This document shows, one piece after another, positions 54,665 to 64,000 of a stretch of DNA of 64,000 bases (position 1 is its first letter; every line of letters starts with the position of its first letter). The stretch comes from Capsulimonadaceae bacterium (lineage in GTDB: Bacteria; Armatimonadota; Armatimonadia; Armatimonadales; Capsulimonadaceae): the NCBI GenBank assembly GCA_965215505.1, contig OZ244065.1, forward strand, positions 32,001 to 96,000, given 5' to 3'. The notes below the pieces were generated by a model. That model saw only the letters and a program-made list of their open reading frames with translations, was not told the origin of the DNA and ran no database searches. A program made the position numbers and the translations under genes.

Positions 54665-56857
54665 CTAATGTGCCGGGGCGCAGTGCAGCAGGACGACGAT
54701 CTGGTCCAGCAGCCAGATGAACGGGAACGGCAGCACGATGCCGCCCAGGCCCCAGACCGCCAGGTTCCGGCGCAGGACCTGCGCCGCGCCCATGGGAGTG
54801 TACGGGACGCCCTTCAGGGCGACCGGGATCAGCGCGATGATGATCAAGGCGTTGAAAATGATCGCCGCCAGCACCGCCGAGTAGGGCGAATGCAGCTTCA
54901 TGATGTTCAAGGCCCACAGCGGCCCGTGCATCGCGCCCGCCGACAGGTAGAGGGTCGAGAACATGGCCGGGATGATCGCGAAGTACTTGGCGACGTCATT
55001 CGAGATCGAGAACGTCGTCAGCGCGCCGCGCGTCATCAGGAGCTGCTTGCCGATCTCGACGATCTCAATCAGCTTGGTCGGGTTCGAGTCCAGGTCAACC
55101 ATGTTGCCCGCCTCTTTGGCGGCCTGCGTCCCGCTGTTCATGGCGACGCCGACGTCGGCCTGCGCCAGAGCGGGCGCGTCGTTGGTGCCGTCGCCGGTCA
55201 TCGCGACGAGACGGCCCTCGGCCTGCTCCTTCTTGATGAGCGCCATCTTGTCTTCGGGCTTTGCTTGTGCCAGGAAGTCGTCCACGCCCGCCTCCTGCGC
55301 GATGGCGGCGGCGGTCAAAGGGTTGTCGCCCGTGATCATGACGGTCTTGATGCCCATGGCCCGCAGGTGGTCGAAGCGCTCGCGCATCCCGCCCTTGACG
55401 ATGTCCTTGAGGTAGATGATCCCCAGGGGCCGGTCATTCAAGACCACGGCCAGCGGCGTGCCGCCCTGCTTGGAGATGCCGTCGGCGATCTCCTGGAGAT
55501 GTGCGGGGACGGTCCCGCCGCTCTGCGTGACGTAATCCGCGACGGCCTGCACCGCGCCCTTGCGGACGCGCACACCGTTCATGTTCAGGCCGGACATGCG
55601 CGTCTGGGCGGTGAACGGGATGAACTCCGCGCCTTCCTCCAGGTGCCGCCCGCGCAGGCTGTACTTTTCCTTCGCCAGCACGACGATGGAGCGGCCTTCG
55701 GGGGTCTCGTCGGCCAGTGAGGAGAGCTGGGCGGCGTCCGCCAGCTCGTTCACGTCCACGCCGGGGAGGGGCAGGAACTCGGCGGCCTGCCGGTTGCCCA
55801 GGGTGATCGTGCCGGTCTTGTCCAGCAGCAGCACGTCCACGTCGCCCGCCGCCTCGACGGCCTTGCCGGACATGGCGAGTACGTTATACTGCATGACCCG
55901 GTCCATGCCCGCGATGCCGATGGCCGAGAGCAGGCCGCCGATGGTCGTCGGGATCAGGCAGACCAGCAGCGCGATCAGGATGGTGATACTCGGGGCGGTC
56001 CCGGCCAGCCCCGCGCCCTGGGCCTGCCCCACGTTGTACTGCGCGAAGGGCAGCAGGGTGACGGTCGCCAAGAGAAAGATAATGGTCAGGCCTGCGATCA
56101 GGATGTTCAGGGCGATCTCGTTGGGCGTCTTCTGCCGCGAAGCGCCTTCCACCAGGCCAATCATGCGGTCAATGAAGGTCTCGCCCGGATTGGCCGTGAT
56201 CTCGACTTTGATGCCGTCCGAGATGACCTTGGTACCGCCGGTCACGGCGGAGCGGTCGCCGCCGGCCTCGCGGATGACCGGGGCCGACTCGCCGGTGATC
56301 GCCGACTCGTCCACGCTGGCGATGCCTTCAATGATCGTGCCGTCGCTCGGGATGACGTCGCCGACCTCGCAGACGACGATGTCGCCTTTGCGGAGGTCCG
56401 GCGCGGCGGCCTCTTCGATCTGGCCGTTCTTGCCGATGCGCTTGGCCTTGGTGGTCGTGCGGGTCTTGCGAAGCTCGTCCGCCTGCGCCTTGCCGCGCCC
56501 CTCGGCGATGGCCTCGGCGAAGTTCGCGAACAGGACGGTGAACCAGAGCCACATGGCGATCTGGCCGGTGAAAGCCCGCTCCCAGCCGCCCATGGGGACG
56601 CCCAGGGACGGGACCAGGCTCGCCAGGAAGATGACCGTCGTGATGACGCTGCCGACCCAGACGACGAACATGACCGGGTTCTTGGCCTCGGCGCGCGGGT
56701 CCAGCTTTTTGAAGGCATCGCCCAGGGCGCGGCGGACGATGGGCGGGTCGAACAGCGGGCGGGAACGCTTGCCGGCCGGCGGCACCGACGGGGCCTGCCC
56801 CGTTGGCCCCGTGCCGTTCACGCTCTGCGCCGATGGATTTTGTTGAATGGTTGCCAT
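54665..56857 (-). CDS. kdpB: Potassium-transporting ATPase subunit B
   Basis: [39 protein letters not shown]. Confidence 0.97.
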   Translation of the reverse strand: MATIQQNPSAQSVNGTGPTGQAPSVPPAGKRSRPLFDPPIVRRALGDAFKKLDPRAEAKNPVMFVVWVGSVITTVIFLASLVPSLGVPMGGWERAFTGQIAMWLWFTVLFANFAEAIAEGRGKAQADELRKTRTTTKAKRIGKNGQIEEAAAPDLRKGDIVVCEVGDVIPSDGTIIEGIASVDESAITGESAPVIREAGGDRSAVTGGTKVISDGIKVEITANPGETFIDRMIGLVEGASRQKTPNEIALNILIAGLTIIFLLATVTLLPFAQYNVGQAQGAGLAGTAPSITILIALLVCLIPTTIGGLLSAIGIAGMDRVMQYNVLAMSGKAVEAAGDVDVLLLDKTGTITLGNRQAAEFLPLPGVDVNELADAAQLSSLADETPEGRSIVVLAKEKYSLRGRHLEEGAEFIPFTAQTRMSGLNMNGVRVRKGAVQAVADYVTQSGGTVPAHLQEIADGISKQGGTPLAVVLNDRPLGIIYLKDIVKGGMRERFDHLRAMGIKTVMITGDNPLTAAAIAQEAGVDDFLAQAKPEDKMALIKKEQAEGRLVAMTGDGTNDAPALAQADVGVAMNSGTQAAKEAGNMVDLDSNPTKLIEIVEIGKQLLMTRGALTTFSISNDVAKYFAIIPAMFSTLYLSAGAMHGPLWALNIMKLHSPYSAVLAAIIFNALIIIALIPVALKGVPYTPMGAAQVLRRNLAVWGLGGIVLPFPFIWLLDQIVVLLHCAPAH

Positions 56858-56867
56858 TGTTGATCCT

Positions 56868-56894
56868 GTGGGGGCGGGGCTTGCCCCCGCCCCC
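56868..56894 (+). repeat. GTGG-type REP-like hairpin between kdpA and kdpB
   Basis: GTGG-GGGCGGGGCTTGCCCCCGCCC. Confidence 0.5.
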
Positions 56895-56914
56895 TAGTTC
56901 TAGAACGTCTTCCC

Positions 56915-58735
56915 TCAGAACGTCTTCCCAGAGTTCATCAGGAAGTGTTCCACGACGGGACCCAGCGAGACGCCGGGGAAGTAGGTCAATGCGCCGACGA
57001 TGACGATGACGCCCACCAGCAGGCCCGCGAAGAGCGGCGTGTCGGTCGGGAACGTGCCCGCGCTGGCCGCCACGCGCTTCTTTTTGACCATGCTGCCGGC
57101 GATCGCCAGCAGGGGCACGATCATCAGGAACCGGCCCACGAGCATCGAGAGGCCCTGGGTCAAGTTCCAGTACGGCGTGTTGACGGAGATGCCCGCGAAG
57201 GCGCTGCCGTTGTTGCCGGTCGTCGAGTCATAGGCGTACAGGATCTCGGAGAAGCCGTGCGGGCCGCTGTTGTTGGTGTTGGCCGAGGCCAGCACATTCA
57301 GCGAAGGCGGCGTACTCTGCACCGTGTTCCAGTAGGCGGCGGGGTGGGGGACATGGGCGACGCTCGAAACGGCGGTGAAGCACAGCACGTCGGCGGCCAG
57401 GACCAGGGTCGCCAGCATCGCCATCTTGATCTCGAAGGCTTCCACCTTCTTGCCCAGGTATTCCGGCGTCCGCCCGACCATCAGGCCCGCGATGAAGACG
57501 GCGAGGATCGCGTACATCAGCATCCCGTACAGGCCCGCGCCGACCCCGCCGAAGATCACCTCGCCGGTCATGATGTTCGCCATCGGGACCAGGCCGCCGA
57601 TGGGCGTGAACGAGTCATGCATCGAGTTGACCGCGCCGCAGGAGGCGTCCGTCGTGACCGTCGCAAACAGGGCCGACCGGGCGACTCCGAAGCGGGTTTC
57701 TTTGCCCTCCATGTTGCCGCCGCTGTCACCCAGCACGGAGGCGCGCGTTTCTACGCCCTGGGCGGCGATCAGCGGGTTGCCTTTGGCCTCCTGGGTGTAG
57801 GCGACCGAGACGCCGACGAGGAACAGGAAGCCCATCGCCCCCCAGAGCGCCCAGCCCTGCTTGACGTTGCCGACATACAGGCCGAACGTGTAGACGATGC
57901 CCGCGCCGATCAGGAAGATGGACAGCACCTGCAAGAAGTCCGTCAGGGCCGTCGGGTTCTCGAACGGGTGGGCGGAATTGACGTTGAGCGGCCCCCCACC
58001 GTTCGTCCCCAGCATCTTGATCGCCTCCTGCGAGGCGAACGGCCCGCCGGGGATGATCTGCGAAGCGCCTTCCAGGGTCGTCGCCGTGTGGTAGGCGTGG
58101 AAGTTCTGGATGACGCCCTGCTGGCACAGGACCAGCGCGTAGACGATGCACAGCGGCAGGAGGACGTAGACGGTGGACCGGGTCAGGTCAACCCAGAAGT
58201 TGCCGATGCTGGCCGCCGAGCGTCGGCCCAAGCCGCGCACCAGGGCGATGGCGATGGCGATGCCCGTGGCCGCCGAGAAGAAGTTGTGCGAAACCAGCCC
58301 GACCATCTGCGAGAAGTACGACATCGTGCTTTCGCCGCCGTAGGCCTGCCAGTTCGTGTTGGTGGTGAACGAGATCGCCGTGTTGAAGGCGAGATCCGGC
58401 GTCATCGCCGTCGCATAGGACGGCGCGTTTTTGGCGTCCCCGAAGTGCATCGGGTTCAGCGGCAGGAACGCCTGCCAGCGTAGGACGGCGTAGGTGAAGA
58501 CGAGGGTGACGACGCTGAACAGCAGCATCGCCAGCGTGTAGGTCGTCCACGGCATTTCTTCGTCTTCCTTGACGCCGCCGATGACGTAGACGAGGCGCTC
58601 GATGGGGCGGAAGATAGGTGTCAGCCAGGTCTTCTCCCCCTCGAACACCTTGTACATGAAGGTCCCAAAAGGCTTCGTCAGGGCCAGGATCAGTCCGATG
58701 AAGAGGACGATCTGTAGCCAGCCGATCACAGTCAT
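56915..58735 (-). CDS. kdpA: Potassium-transporting ATPase subunit A (canonical)
   Basis: TNTNWQ, GTNGGG, ASCGAV and NNGSAF filter motifs. Confidence 0.97.
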   Translation of the reverse strand: MTVIGWLQIVLFIGLILALTKPFGTFMYKVFEGEKTWLTPIFRPIERLVYVIGGVKEDEEMPWTTYTLAMLLFSVVTLVFTYAVLRWQAFLPLNPMHFGDAKNAPSYATAMTPDLAFNTAISFTTNTNWQAYGGESTMSYFSQMVGLVSHNFFSAATGIAIAIALVRGLGRRSAASIGNFWVDLTRSTVYVLLPLCIVYALVLCQQGVIQNFHAYHTATTLEGASQIIPGGPFASQEAIKMLGTNGGGPLNVNSAHPFENPTALTDFLQVLSIFLIGAGIVYTFGLYVGNVKQGWALWGAMGFLFLVGVSVAYTQEAKGNPLIAAQGVETRASVLGDSGGNMEGKETRFGVARSALFATVTTDASCGAVNSMHDSFTPIGGLVPMANIMTGEVIFGGVGAGLYGMLMYAILAVFIAGLMVGRTPEYLGKKVEAFEIKMAMLATLVLAADVLCFTAVSSVAHVPHPAAYWNTVQSTPPSLNVLASANTNNSGPHGFSEILYAYDSTTGNNGSAFAGISVNTPYWNLTQGLSMLVGRFLMIVPLLAIAGSMVKKKRVAASAGTFPTDTPLFAGLLVGVIVIVGALTYFPGVSLGPVVEHFLMNSGKTF

Positions 58736-58747
58736 TGCGAAAGCTCC

Positions 58748-58831
58748 TTAAAACCGTTCCGGCCGGATCAAAGCGTACAGCAGGTAGACCGTCAGCCCGA
58801 TCGTCGCGATCCCCGCGAGCCAGATTTCCAT
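58748..58831 (-). CDS. kdpF: K+-transporting ATPase subunit F
   Basis: MEIWLAGIATIGLTVYLLYALIRPERF*; AAGGAG RBS; directly upstream of kdpA. Confidence 0.93.
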   Translation of the reverse strand: MEIWLAGIATIGLTVYLLYALIRPERF

Positions 58832-58853
58832 AGTTACTCCTTATTCGCCGGCC

Positions 58854-58937
58854 TTACAGCCGGTCGCACCCGTAGGTGTAGCCGATCGCGATCACGAAGA
58901 ACAACAAAGTCGTCGCCAGGAACAGAAAGTCTTGCAT
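58854..58937 (-). CDS. Small hydrophobic peptide upstream of kdpF (27 aa)
   Basis: GGAGG RBS; MQDFLFLATTLLFFVIAIGYTYGCDRL*, of the type seen ahead of kdpF in some operons. Confidence 0.75.
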   Translation of the reverse strand: MQDFLFLATTLLFFVIAIGYTYGCDRL

Positions 58938-58965
58938 CCCCGTCGCCTCCTCCGCGACACTGCCT

Positions 58966-59019
58966 ATCTTATCCGATTCCATATAAAGAAGGTGTAAAGA
59001 AGGGGCGGGGCGGCATAAA
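58966..59019 (-). promoter_or_regulatory. KdpE-box promoter of the kdp operon
   Basis: TTTACA-ccttc-TTTATA (11-bp period, as in the E. coli KdpE site), 10 bp, then TAAGAT; extra TTTATG upstream. Confidence 0.75.
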
Positions 59020-59052
59020 GGTTTCGTTGAGATTTGCCGTCTTGGGTCGTTG

Positions 59053-60411
59053 TCAGGGATTGTCCGCGAACCTCTGGTCCGCCTGAAGCGTCCCCTCCAG
59101 CACCCGGAGGCGGGCGCGGAGTTCAACCGTCTCCTCCTCGCTGAACTGCTCGGCGCACCCGGCGACGATCTTCCGCCCCTTCTCGACCAGCGTGTGGCGG
59201 TAGTCCGGGTCCGAAACGGTCGCCGCGATGTCCGCTAGGGCGCGCAGCATCCGCAGGCTGACGGCGACGTCTGCCTTCGCGTACAGGCGGATCTGCTCGA
59301 AGGCCGACTCGACGAGCCGGTCGAAACTGAGCCACGGCAGGCCGACGCGGACGACGCCCGGCGGGTCATACAGCAGCGAGGCGGGCGGCTCCCGCATGGC
59401 GAACCGGATCAGGACGCGGCTGAGTTGGTCCACGCAGCCGATGGCCGTGCTGGGGTCGTTCACGGCGGGCGAGATGGCCTTCAGGGCGATGTCCACGATC
59501 TGGAGGATGCCGTACTCCACGTCCTGCTGCAACGTCCGGGTCGGGCCGAACTCGAAGGCGGCGCGCAGCTCGGTGACGCGCTCCGGGGACAGCTTATCGC
59601 CTTTAGAAACCATCAGCAGTGGGACGCCCTCTGGGACGAAGTGGCCGACGCGGCGCAGGACGCGGACAGTCACGCCGATGGCCCGCGCCGCCGCGACGAG
59701 CCGCTTGGTATCTATGAAGCGGACGTAGCCCGAGACGCCGCTGAGGACCGGCGCTTCGCGCGCGCTCGGCTCGAGCTGCCGGTCGGCGTGCCGGAACGCC
59801 TCGGTCAAGCGGTCGTGCCGGACGGGGTTCGGCATGGTCTGATCAATGATGGCCTCCGTCTCCTGCGCGATCCGGTCCACGATGTGGTTGACGCTGATCG
59901 CCTCGGAGATGTGGTGGATGAAGTAGAGCAGCCACGCGACGCAGGCCAGCGAGAGCAGCATCGCGCCCAGCACGGTCAGGACCGGTTCAAACGGGCGCGG
60001 CAGGCTGCGGGCGGCGGGCAGGGCGGCCAGGCAGTAGGTGAAGGTGCCCAGGAAGATGCCGAGGGTCTGCTGCGTCACCTTGTCCTGAGAGAAAGAAACG
60101 ATGATGCGCGGGGAGAACTGCATGGAGGCCAGCGTCAGCGTCATCAGTAGGATGGCGAAGACGATGGAAACGACCGTCATCATGGCCGCGGCGATGCCGC
60201 CCAGAATGACCTGTGCCACCAGGGGGTCGGAGTGCGAGGGGAAGAGCGCCCGAGGCACCCAGGCGCTGACTCTCGGGACCGCCTCCTCCAGAAGCGACAG
60301 CAGGCCGCCGGTCAGCCCGAGCGCGACGGCGATGATGAGCGGGCGGACCAGGAAGCCGCCGCGCAGGTTATACATCAGGTGGCGGAAGAGGAGGGGCAGG
60401 TGTCTGTACAT
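59053..60411 (-). CDS. DUF2254 family membrane protein
   Basis: LASMQFSPRI, LGTFTY, FIHHI, SGYVRFID, RTLQQDVEYG..VDIALKAISPAVNDPSTA. Confidence 0.88.
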   Translation of the reverse strand: MYRHLPLLFRHLMYNLRGGFLVRPLIIAVALGLTGGLLSLLEEAVPRVSAWVPRALFPSHSDPLVAQVILGGIAAAMMTVVSIVFAILLMTLTLASMQFSPRIIVSFSQDKVTQQTLGIFLGTFTYCLAALPAARSLPRPFEPVLTVLGAMLLSLACVAWLLYFIHHISEAISVNHIVDRIAQETEAIIDQTMPNPVRHDRLTEAFRHADRQLEPSAREAPVLSGVSGYVRFIDTKRLVAAARAIGVTVRVLRRVGHFVPEGVPLLMVSKGDKLSPERVTELRAAFEFGPTRTLQQDVEYGILQIVDIALKAISPAVNDPSTAIGCVDQLSRVLIRFAMREPPASLLYDPPGVVRVGLPWLSFDRLVESAFEQIRLYAKADVAVSLRMLRALADIAATVSDPDYRHTLVEKGRKIVAGCAEQFSEEETVELRARLRVLEGTLQADQRFADNP

Positions 60412-60423
60412 GGTGACGAAGTT

Positions 60424-61146
60424 CTACCCCGAGCGGGGGTAGCGCGCCCCCGCCCATGTCTGCGGCAGCCGTTCCTCATAGGCGGCGCGGGTGTCGCGCA
60501 TCTCCGGGGTGGTGGCCTCGCCGTAGGTCAGCCGGTCCAGGAAGCCGACCACTTCGCCCAGGCTGCCCTCCACGACGTTCGCGGCGGCTGGGCGGCTGGG
60601 CGTCAGGTCTTTCGCCCCCCGTGTCAGGTTGTAGTGGAAGGAGTGAATCAGCCGGTCTATCGCGTGCAGCTTTTCGCGGGTGGAGCGCGCCCGGTCGAAG
60701 TCCGACAGGAAGGTCCGGAACGCCTCCATGCCCCCAGCCCCGTAGAGCTGCCGGTTCCGGTAGGTCTGCCAGTACTGCCCCCAGGTGGTCCACCAGCCGC
60801 AGGCGGGGCAGCGCATCTCCTCCGCCTTGGCGGCGTCGCTGAGGTCCTTCCCGGCCCGGCGGATGATGCTCTCCGCGCCTACGCGGGCGCACCGGGGGCA
60901 GGCGACCAGCCCGCCCGCCGCCGCCGTCACGGTCAGGATGCTCCGGCACCGCAGATAGAGGGCCAGGCCGACGTCATCCGTCAGCGCCTCGTCGGTGATG
61001 CCCCGCGCGTCCGCCTCGTAAAGCCGGCGGAGCCTGTCCTGGCGCACCGGGGCCGCCCACACCACTTCGGCGATCCCGTTCTCGGATACGGCATCAGATG
61101 CGGCGCACGGGCCGGTAGATTCTAAGCCCCCAACATGCATGCTCAT
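60424..61146 (-). CDS. Hypothetical protein with CxxC...CxxC zinc-ribbon motifs
   Basis: CPRC and CPAC; RRLYEADARGI; IDRLIHSFH. Confidence 0.7.
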   Translation of the reverse strand: MSMHVGGLESTGPCAASDAVSENGIAEVVWAAPVRQDRLRRLYEADARGITDEALTDDVGLALYLRCRSILTVTAAAGGLVACPRCARVGAESIIRRAGKDLSDAAKAEEMRCPACGWWTTWGQYWQTYRNRQLYGAGGMEAFRTFLSDFDRARSTREKLHAIDRLIHSFHYNLTRGAKDLTPSRPAAANVVEGSLGEVVGFLDRLTYGEATTPEMRDTRAAYEERLPQTWAGARYPRSG

Positions 61147-61175
61147 GGTGCTGAATGTCCTTTGCTCCCCTGATA

Positions 61176-62021
61176 TCAGGCCGCCCTCCTGGCCTTGATG
61201 ATCTCGGCACGGATGCCGTCTACGGTGACGCCCTCCTGAAACAGAACCGCCGCCGCCTTCCCCTTCCCCACAAGGACCAGGCCGAGCAGCAGGTGTTCGG
61301 TCCCGACGGATGCTCTGTCAAACCGGTGGGCCTCCTGTGCGGCCAGGGCCAGCACCTGGCCGGCGCGCTCCGTCAGCGCCGCCGGCTCGGCCCCCGCCCG
61401 CAGGTCCGTACCTGCTTCCCGTTCCGGCCGTTTCGTGATCTTGCGGCTTGAGGTCATCTGCGCCAGCAGTTCCAGGTGAACCTTCTCAGGCTCGGCCCCC
61501 AGAAGACGCAGGACGTGTACGCCGGCGGAGCCGGAGTCGCGCAGCAGTCCCAGGAGCAGATGTTCCGTGTCCACGCAGCACTCGTGCCGCCGGCACGCCT
61601 CGTCCGTGGCGTGACGCAAAACTTGATGTGTGCGGGCGGTCAGCAGGGACGTGCCTGCGGCCGGAGGGGCCGCCGAAAGCGGTCCGAGGGCGGGGCCGCC
61701 CTCTTCATCAGATGGAACAGGCCGCCTGCCCTGGCGCTCCCCGCGCATCTTCCAGTGTTCCATCCAGCCGAGCCAGAGGAACAGGGTCCCCAGGAAGCCG
61801 GTGACGGAACTGAGTTCCGTGACAGGGCTGTGGTGCAGCGCCCCGATGACCCGGAGCAGGTAGGAAACGGCCGAAAGGCTGAGGCCGGCCCGGAGGAGGT
61901 GAAGCAGATAAAGCCGCCGCCCGTCCCCGTCCTTTTGGGCCGCCGCCAGGGCGGCATGGCTGACGAGCAGCAGAAGAAGGCAGGCACCGAACGCCGCCCC
62001 GTAGAAATAGAGAAGAGACAC
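61176..62021 (-). CDS. Membrane protein fused to a double Clp-N domain
   Basis: Three N-terminal TMs; two VxTEHLLLGL Clp-N repeats; no AAA+ domain. Confidence 0.8.
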   Translation of the reverse strand: MSLLYFYGAAFGACLLLLLVSHAALAAAQKDGDGRRLYLLHLLRAGLSLSAVSYLLRVIGALHHSPVTELSSVTGFLGTLFLWLGWMEHWKMRGERQGRRPVPSDEEGGPALGPLSAAPPAAGTSLLTARTHQVLRHATDEACRRHECCVDTEHLLLGLLRDSGSAGVHVLRLLGAEPEKVHLELLAQMTSSRKITKRPEREAGTDLRAGAEPAALTERAGQVLALAAQEAHRFDRASVGTEHLLLGLVLVGKGKAAAVLFQEGVTVDGIRAEIIKARRAA

Positions 62022-62025
62022 TTCA

Positions 62026-62643
62026 TCACCAGAGCGCGACCGCGTCGGGGAGGCTCGCCTTCAGCCAGCGGAGGCAGGCGTTCCGCGCCGCCGCGCAGGG
62101 CGTCTCGCCGGTGCCGACGATGCGGAACGCGCGGGCGTAGGCGGTTGGGGGGGCGCAGGCCAGCAGTGTGAACTCGTAGCCGGAGGGGGTCGGCTCCACC
62201 TCGCCCAATGCGCTGACGTACTGGGGTGCCACCTCCCAGCGGGCGTCGAAGACTTCCCGCCGGACGGCCTGACGCAGCAGGCCGGCCCAGTCTTCCACGC
62301 CGTCGGGGAGGATCAGCATTCCCACCTTCTCGCGCTCGGCGCGGGTGCGCCGGAACAGGGTTTCGCCCCAGACGTAGTAGAGATACCAGTCGTCATCGGT
62401 CAGGTAGGCCGGGGGCAGCGGGTCGGGGAGCAGGATGCCGTAGACATTCCGCCCGTCGCGGTTCCAGCCGACCCGCTGGCTGTGCCCCGTCCGCTCCAGC
62501 CTGGCGTCGAAGCGGTCCGCGAAGAGGCGGGCCAGCCTGTAGTCCGCCTCTGCGGACGTGTGCCAGCGGTCTACCGCGCCGGGCGGCGGCGCGGCAGGCG
62601 CAGGCCGAGATGACTGAAGGGGGGACGAGAAGAAGGAAGGCAT
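62026..62643 (-). CDS. Hypothetical protein (205 aa)
   Basis: GAGG RBS; first gene after the KdpE-box-like promoter. Confidence 0.65.
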   Translation of the reverse strand: MPSFFSSPLQSSRPAPAAPPPGAVDRWHTSAEADYRLARLFADRFDARLERTGHSQRVGWNRDGRNVYGILLPDPLPPAYLTDDDWYLYYVWGETLFRRTRAEREKVGMLILPDGVEDWAGLLRQAVRREVFDARWEVAPQYVSALGEVEPTPSGYEFTLLACAPPTAYARAFRIVGTGETPCAAARNACLRWLKASLPDAVALW

Positions 62644-62672
62644 GGCGACACCTCAAACGATCCTAATGCCGC

Positions 62673-62737
62673 AGTATATCCGATTGGGGATAAAGAAGCC
62701 GTAAAGAACCGAGGGGGCCGTGTAGAGATTGTATAAA
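62673..62737 (-). promoter_or_regulatory. Second KdpE-box-type promoter
   Basis: TTTATA-caatc-TCTACA ... TTTACG-gcttc-TTTATC, 10 bp (cccaatcgga), then TATACT; same architecture as 58966-58998. Confidence 0.7.
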
Positions 62738-62739
62738 GA

Positions 62740-63462
62740 TCAGCCCGAACCGCCATCGGAGATGCCGTCGGTCGTGCGGAAGCGGTAGCCGACGCCGGGT
62801 TCGGTGACGATGAAGCGGGGGCGGGCGGGGACGTCCTCGATCTTGCGGCGCAGGTGGCCGACATGGACGCGCAGATACTGCGTCTCCTCCACGTCTTCCG
62901 GCCCCCAGACGGCGGCCAGGAGCTGGCGGTGAGTCACCACCCGGTCGGCGTTCTGGGTCAGGTAGCGCAGGATGCCGTATTCGTGCGGCGTCAGCTTGAG
63001 TTCCGAGCCGCCCTTGAAGACCAGCCGGCGCGCGTAGTCCATCATCAGGTCGCCCGCCGTGAAGGTCGGCGCATTGGCGGGCTGCGCGCGCCGGTGACGG
63101 CGCAGGGCGGCGCGGATGCGGGCCGTCAGCTCGTCCATTCCGAACGGCTTGGTCAGATAATCGTCCGCGCCCTCGTCCAGCGCCTGCACTTTCTGCCGCT
63201 CCTGGGCGCGGGCGGACAATACTAAAATTGGCACGTCACTCCAGGCGCGCAGGCGGCGGCAGACCTCCAGCCCGTCTATGCCGGGCATCATCAGGTCCAG
63301 GATGACCAGGTCCGGCGTTGCTGCCGACGCCAGGCGCAGCGCCTCCTCGCCGTCCGCCGCCGCCCGGACCTCGTAGCCCTGCGCGCGTAGGCCGCCTAGG
63401 ACGGCGCGGCGGATCTCCGGCTCGTCGTCCACGACAAGGATAGAAACGGTTTCGGTTTCCAT
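62740..63462 (-). CDS. kdpE: KdpE-like OmpR-family response regulator
   Basis: LVVDDE, LDLMMP, GADDYLTKPF, VTHRQLL.VWG, YLRVHVGHLRRKIE..PARPRFI.TEPGVGYR. Confidence 0.9.
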   Translation of the reverse strand: METETVSILVVDDEPEIRRAVLGGLRAQGYEVRAAADGEEALRLASAATPDLVILDLMMPGIDGLEVCRRLRAWSDVPILVLSARAQERQKVQALDEGADDYLTKPFGMDELTARIRAALRRHRRAQPANAPTFTAGDLMMDYARRLVFKGGSELKLTPHEYGILRYLTQNADRVVTHRQLLAAVWGPEDVEETQYLRVHVGHLRRKIEDVPARPRFIVTEPGVGYRFRTTDGISDGGSG

Positions 63463-63471
63463 GAAAGCGGG

Positions 63472-64000
63472 CTACTCCGTGGGCAGCGAGAAAGAAAAGA
63501 CCGCGCCGGGCGGCTCCCCTGCGGGAGCATTGCGCGCCCAGATGCGCCCGCCGTGGGCGGCGACGACGGCCCGGCAGAGGGCCAGGCCAAGTCCCGTTCC
63601 GTGGATGGTGCCGCCGGCGTGGCGGGCGCTGCGATGGAAGCGCGTGAAGATGGCCTCTTCGTCGCCCGGCGTGATGCCCTCGCCGAAGTCGCGCACGTCC
63701 ACGCGGACGGCGGGCGGCCCGGACTCCGACCGGGACAGCGAGACGTAGATGGGGCTGCCGGCGGGCGTGTACTTCACCGCGTTGCCGAGCAGGTTGGTGA
63801 AGACCAGCGCGACCTGGACGTAGTCGGCGCACACTAGAGGCAGGTCGTCCTCGGCCGTGACACGGACGCGGTCGGCGTCCGCGACGGGCAGGCGGTCCAG
63901 GGCCGTCCCGACGATCTCCAGCAGGTCGCACCAATCCTTGCTCGGGTTCCAGGCCCCGGCCTCCAGGCGTGACAAATCGAGCAGGTTGCTCACCAGCGTC
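63472..64000 (-). CDS. Sensor histidine kinase, C-terminal HATPase part (KdpD-like); begins beyond the window end
   Basis: NLLDLSRLEAG, NLLGNAVKYTP, DFGEGI, GTGLGLALC..VVAAHGGRIWA. Confidence 0.9.
   Translation of the reverse strand, partial: TLVSNLLDLSRLEAGAWNPSKDWCDLLEIVGTALDRLPVADADRVRVTAEDDLPLVCADYVQVALVFTNLLGNAVKYTPAGSPIYVSLSRSESGPPAVRVDVRDFGEGITPGDEEAIFTRFHRSARHAGGTIHGTGLGLALCRAVVAAHGGRIWARNAPAGEPPGAVFSFSLPTE

Noticed and set aside
61176-62021. Clp-N protein as the missing ClpV of the injection system
   Set aside because: No AAA+ domains, ~17 kb away, and located behind a KdpE-type promoter.

Overview
High-GC bacterial genomic window. The gene content (orphan type IV pilin-like gene, split KdpD, GH38 with LamG) is compatible with an Armatimonadota-like soil or cold-habitat organism, but that is inference only. 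Protein family calls come from motif recognition by eye; no searches were run. Layout: (1) 1-6.5 kb: Ser/Thr kinase fragment, tRNA-Glu, HIT, UDG, a di-heme peroxidase/DAHL-chemoreceptor pair and a HAD hydrolase. (2) 6.4-10.7 kb: a retinal phototrophy cluster with blh, crtY and two divergently transcribed rhodopsins, one with a DTK motif and no helix-B His, the other a DTE xanthorhodopsin-like pump. (3) 11-24 kb: housekeeping and accessory genes (GH130, MarR/DHA2, lipB, PPTase, pilin, degenerate CobS, ALDH). (4) 24-44.5 kb, minus strand, the most striking region: a highly divergent T6SS-like contractile injection locus. It has an 849-aa sheath-like protein, an Hcp/TssD-like tube, TssF/G/K-like baseplate, VgrG, a DUF1795/Eag chaperone, a prePAAR-TMD-PAAR-TMD effector apparently carrying two toxin domains (R-S-E ADP-ribosyltransferase-like and Ntox28-like) and candidate immunity genes. 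No TssJLM, TssA, TssB, TssE or ClpV is recognisable; bitopic membrane proteins of unknown type are present instead. (5) 44.6-50.5 kb: secreted GH38 alpha-mannosidase and a HupE/UreJ protein. (6) 50.5-64 kb: an expanded kdp locus with two kdpA genes (one with an altered filter), split kdpD, kdpE, a 21-aa Lys/Asp peptide, REP-like elements and a second KdpE-box promoter driving uncharacterised genes.
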